From Squalus acanthias (Eukaryota), in contig CM059432.1 of NCBI GenBank assembly GCA_030390025.1, forward strand, positions 60,576,001 to 60,640,000: a stretch of 64,000 bases of DNA, in the 5' to 3' direction. Shown here in pieces: positions 62,063 through 64,000 of the stretch; positions within the stretch are counted from its first letter, which is position 1; each line of letters starts with the position of its first letter. The notes beneath the pieces are model-generated. The model worked only from the letters and a program-made list of their open reading frames with translations. It did not search any database and was not told the DNA's origin. Both the position numbers and the translations under genes were made by a program.

Positions 62063-62813
62063 ATGTGAGAAGTCGCACAACACCAGGTTATAGTCCAACA
62101 GCTTTATTTGAAATCACAAGCTTTCGGAGTGCTGCTCCTTCGTCAGGTGAAGTGAAGAGATGCACATAGTCACAGCATATATAGTCAGAGAACACTGCCA
62201 GATGATTACAGTTAATCTTTCCAACTACCCTTTATCACACCTCGGCAGAGAGATAATCACAGCAATCAAAGGTGTGGATGGTGTCCAAACAGGTCAGTCA
62301 GGAAAACATTACATCAAAGACAATGTGGCAGATGCTGGGGTCTGTATGGAAAACAAAAAACTTTTTTTGCTGGAAATCACAGCAGGTCCGGCCGCATCTG
62401 TGTAGAGAGAACAAGCCAACGCCGACTCGAGTCTGGATGACTCTACGTCAGGTGGGGTTACATGTAGCGTGACATAAACCCAAGATCCTGGTTGAGGCCG
62501 TCCTCATGGGTGCGGAACTTGGCTATCAGTTTCTGCTCGACGATTTTGCGTTGTCGTGTGTCTCGAAGGCCACCTTGGAGAACGCTTACCCGAAGATCGG
62601 AGGCTGAATGTCCTTGACTGCTGAATGTTCCCCGACTGAGAGGGAACACTCCTGCCTGGCGATTGTTGCGCGGTGTCCGTTCATACGTTGTCGCAGTGTC
62701 TGCATGGTCTCGCCGATGTACCATGCTCCGGGGCATCCTTTCCTGCAATGTATGAGGTAGACAACGTTGGCCGAGTCACATGAGTATGTACCATGTACCT
62801 GGTGGGTGGTGTC
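62063..62813 (-). mobile_element. Diverged copy of the palindrome-forming PLE family (GIY-YIG end + 3' UTR), cut by CR1
   Basis: DSANVVYLIHCRKGCPGAWYIGETMQTLRQRMNGH...DGLNQDLGFMSRYM; terminus homologous to 17471-17560. Confidence 0.92.
62114..62150 (-). ncRNA. Minimal hammerhead ribozyme motif
   Basis: TCAC-CTGACGA-A-[GGAG cagca CTCC]-GAAA-GC-T-T|GTGA. Differs from 21492-21529 only at N7 and in the distal stem II/loop II. Confidence 0.8.
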
Positions 62814-64000
62814 ATAGATACATAGATACATAGAAGATAGGAGCAGGAGTAGGCCATCCGGCCCTTCGAGCCTGCTCCGCCATTTAATGAGATCATGGCT
62901 GATCCTCCAATTCAGTATCCCGTCCCCGCCTTCTCTCCGTAACCCTTAACCCCTTTTGCCTGTAGAAATATATCTAATTCCCTCTTAAATATATTTAATG
63001 AGCTGGCGTACACTGCCCTCTGTGGCAATGAGTTCCACAGGTTCACCACCCTCTGAGTGAAGAAATTCCCCCTCATTTCTGTCCTAAATGGTTTAGCCCT
63101 TATCCTTAAATTATGTCTTCTAGTTCTGTTCTCACCCGCCAAGGGAAACATTCCTTCTGCATCTAGTCTGTCTAGACCTGTCAGAATTTTATACACTTCT
63201 ATGAGGTCCCCTCTCAATCTTCTAAACTCCAGTGTGTACATCCCTAAACTACATAGTCTCTCCTCATAGGTCAATCCCGCCATTCCTGGTATCAGCCTGG
63301 TGAATCGCCGCTGCACCCCCTCCATGGCAAGAACATCTTTCCTCAGATGAGGCGACCAAAACTGTACACAGTACTCGAGGTGTGGTCTCACCAGTGCCCT
63401 GTACAGCTGCAGCAAGGTATCCCTGTTCCTGTTTTCCAACCCTTTTGCTATGAAGGCCAGCATACTGTTTGCCTTCTTGACCGCCTGTTGCACCTGCATG
63501 CTCGCCTTCAGTGACTGGTGTACAAGAACACCCAGGTCTCTCTGTACTTCCCCCTCTCCCAATTTATTGCCATTTAAATAATAATTTGCCCTCCCGTTCC
63601 TGCACCCAAGGTGGATAACTTCGCACTTGTCCACATTATAGTGCATCTGCCATTTATCCGCCCAATCACCCAGTCTGTCCAAATCGCTCTGGAGCTTCCT
63701 GGTCTCCTCCTCTGAGCCCACCCCCCCTCCTAGTTTAGTGTCGTCTGCAAATTTGGAAATGCTGCATCCGACTCCCTGATCCAGATCATTAATGTAAATT
63801 GTGAACAGCTGGGGACCCAGGACAGATCCCTGCGGTACCCCACTTGTTACTGCCTGCCATTCAGAAAATGAGCCGTTTATTCCAACTCTCTGTTTTCTAT
63901 CTGACAGCCAGTTCTCTATCCACGTCAATACTTTCCCCTTTATCCCATGCGCTTCAATTTTCCATGCTAATCTTTTATATGGGACCTTGTCGAAGGCCTT
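62814..64000 (-). mobile_element. CR1 3' part with an open RT frame; runs off the window
   Basis: ORF 62912-63928 ([15 protein letters not shown]); (tatgtatc)n-type 3' microsatellite. Confidence 0.93.

Noticed and set aside
44953..64000. Further ASXL3 exons
   Set aside because: No ASXL-like peptide (for example a KKALKQAL-type segment) with splice sites was found. Exon 1 and later exons appear to lie outside the window.

Overview
Vertebrate genomic DNA, almost certainly a cartilaginous fish (shark-type V-SINE, DeuSINE, CR1 and L2 repeats). The window lies within the 5' part of an ASXL3-like gene on the + strand. Three coding exons of the N-terminal (HARE-HTH) region are clear: 13905-13987, 43021-43129 and 44841-44952. 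A candidate 3-nt microexon (AAG, 38967-38969) lies between the first two. Most of the rest is nested transposable elements: CR1 and L2 LINEs, a Mag-type Gypsy element, PIF/Harbinger elements and MITEs, hAT and Tc1/pogo MITEs, SINEs, and Penelope-like elements (PLEs). The most striking structure is a young, spacer-less 4110-bp palindrome (17471-21580) made of two head-to-head 5'-truncated GIY-YIG PLE copies. Each arm carries a minimal hammerhead ribozyme motif, and only one arm carries a ~35-nt tail. A 144-bp miniature of the same design (11421-11564) has both arms truncated within a few nt of the predicted ribozyme cleavage site, suggesting it was copied from the self-cleaved RNA. Exon, palindrome and TSD coordinates were read base by base. 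Boundaries of old repeats are approximate, and family names come from motif recognition, not database searches.
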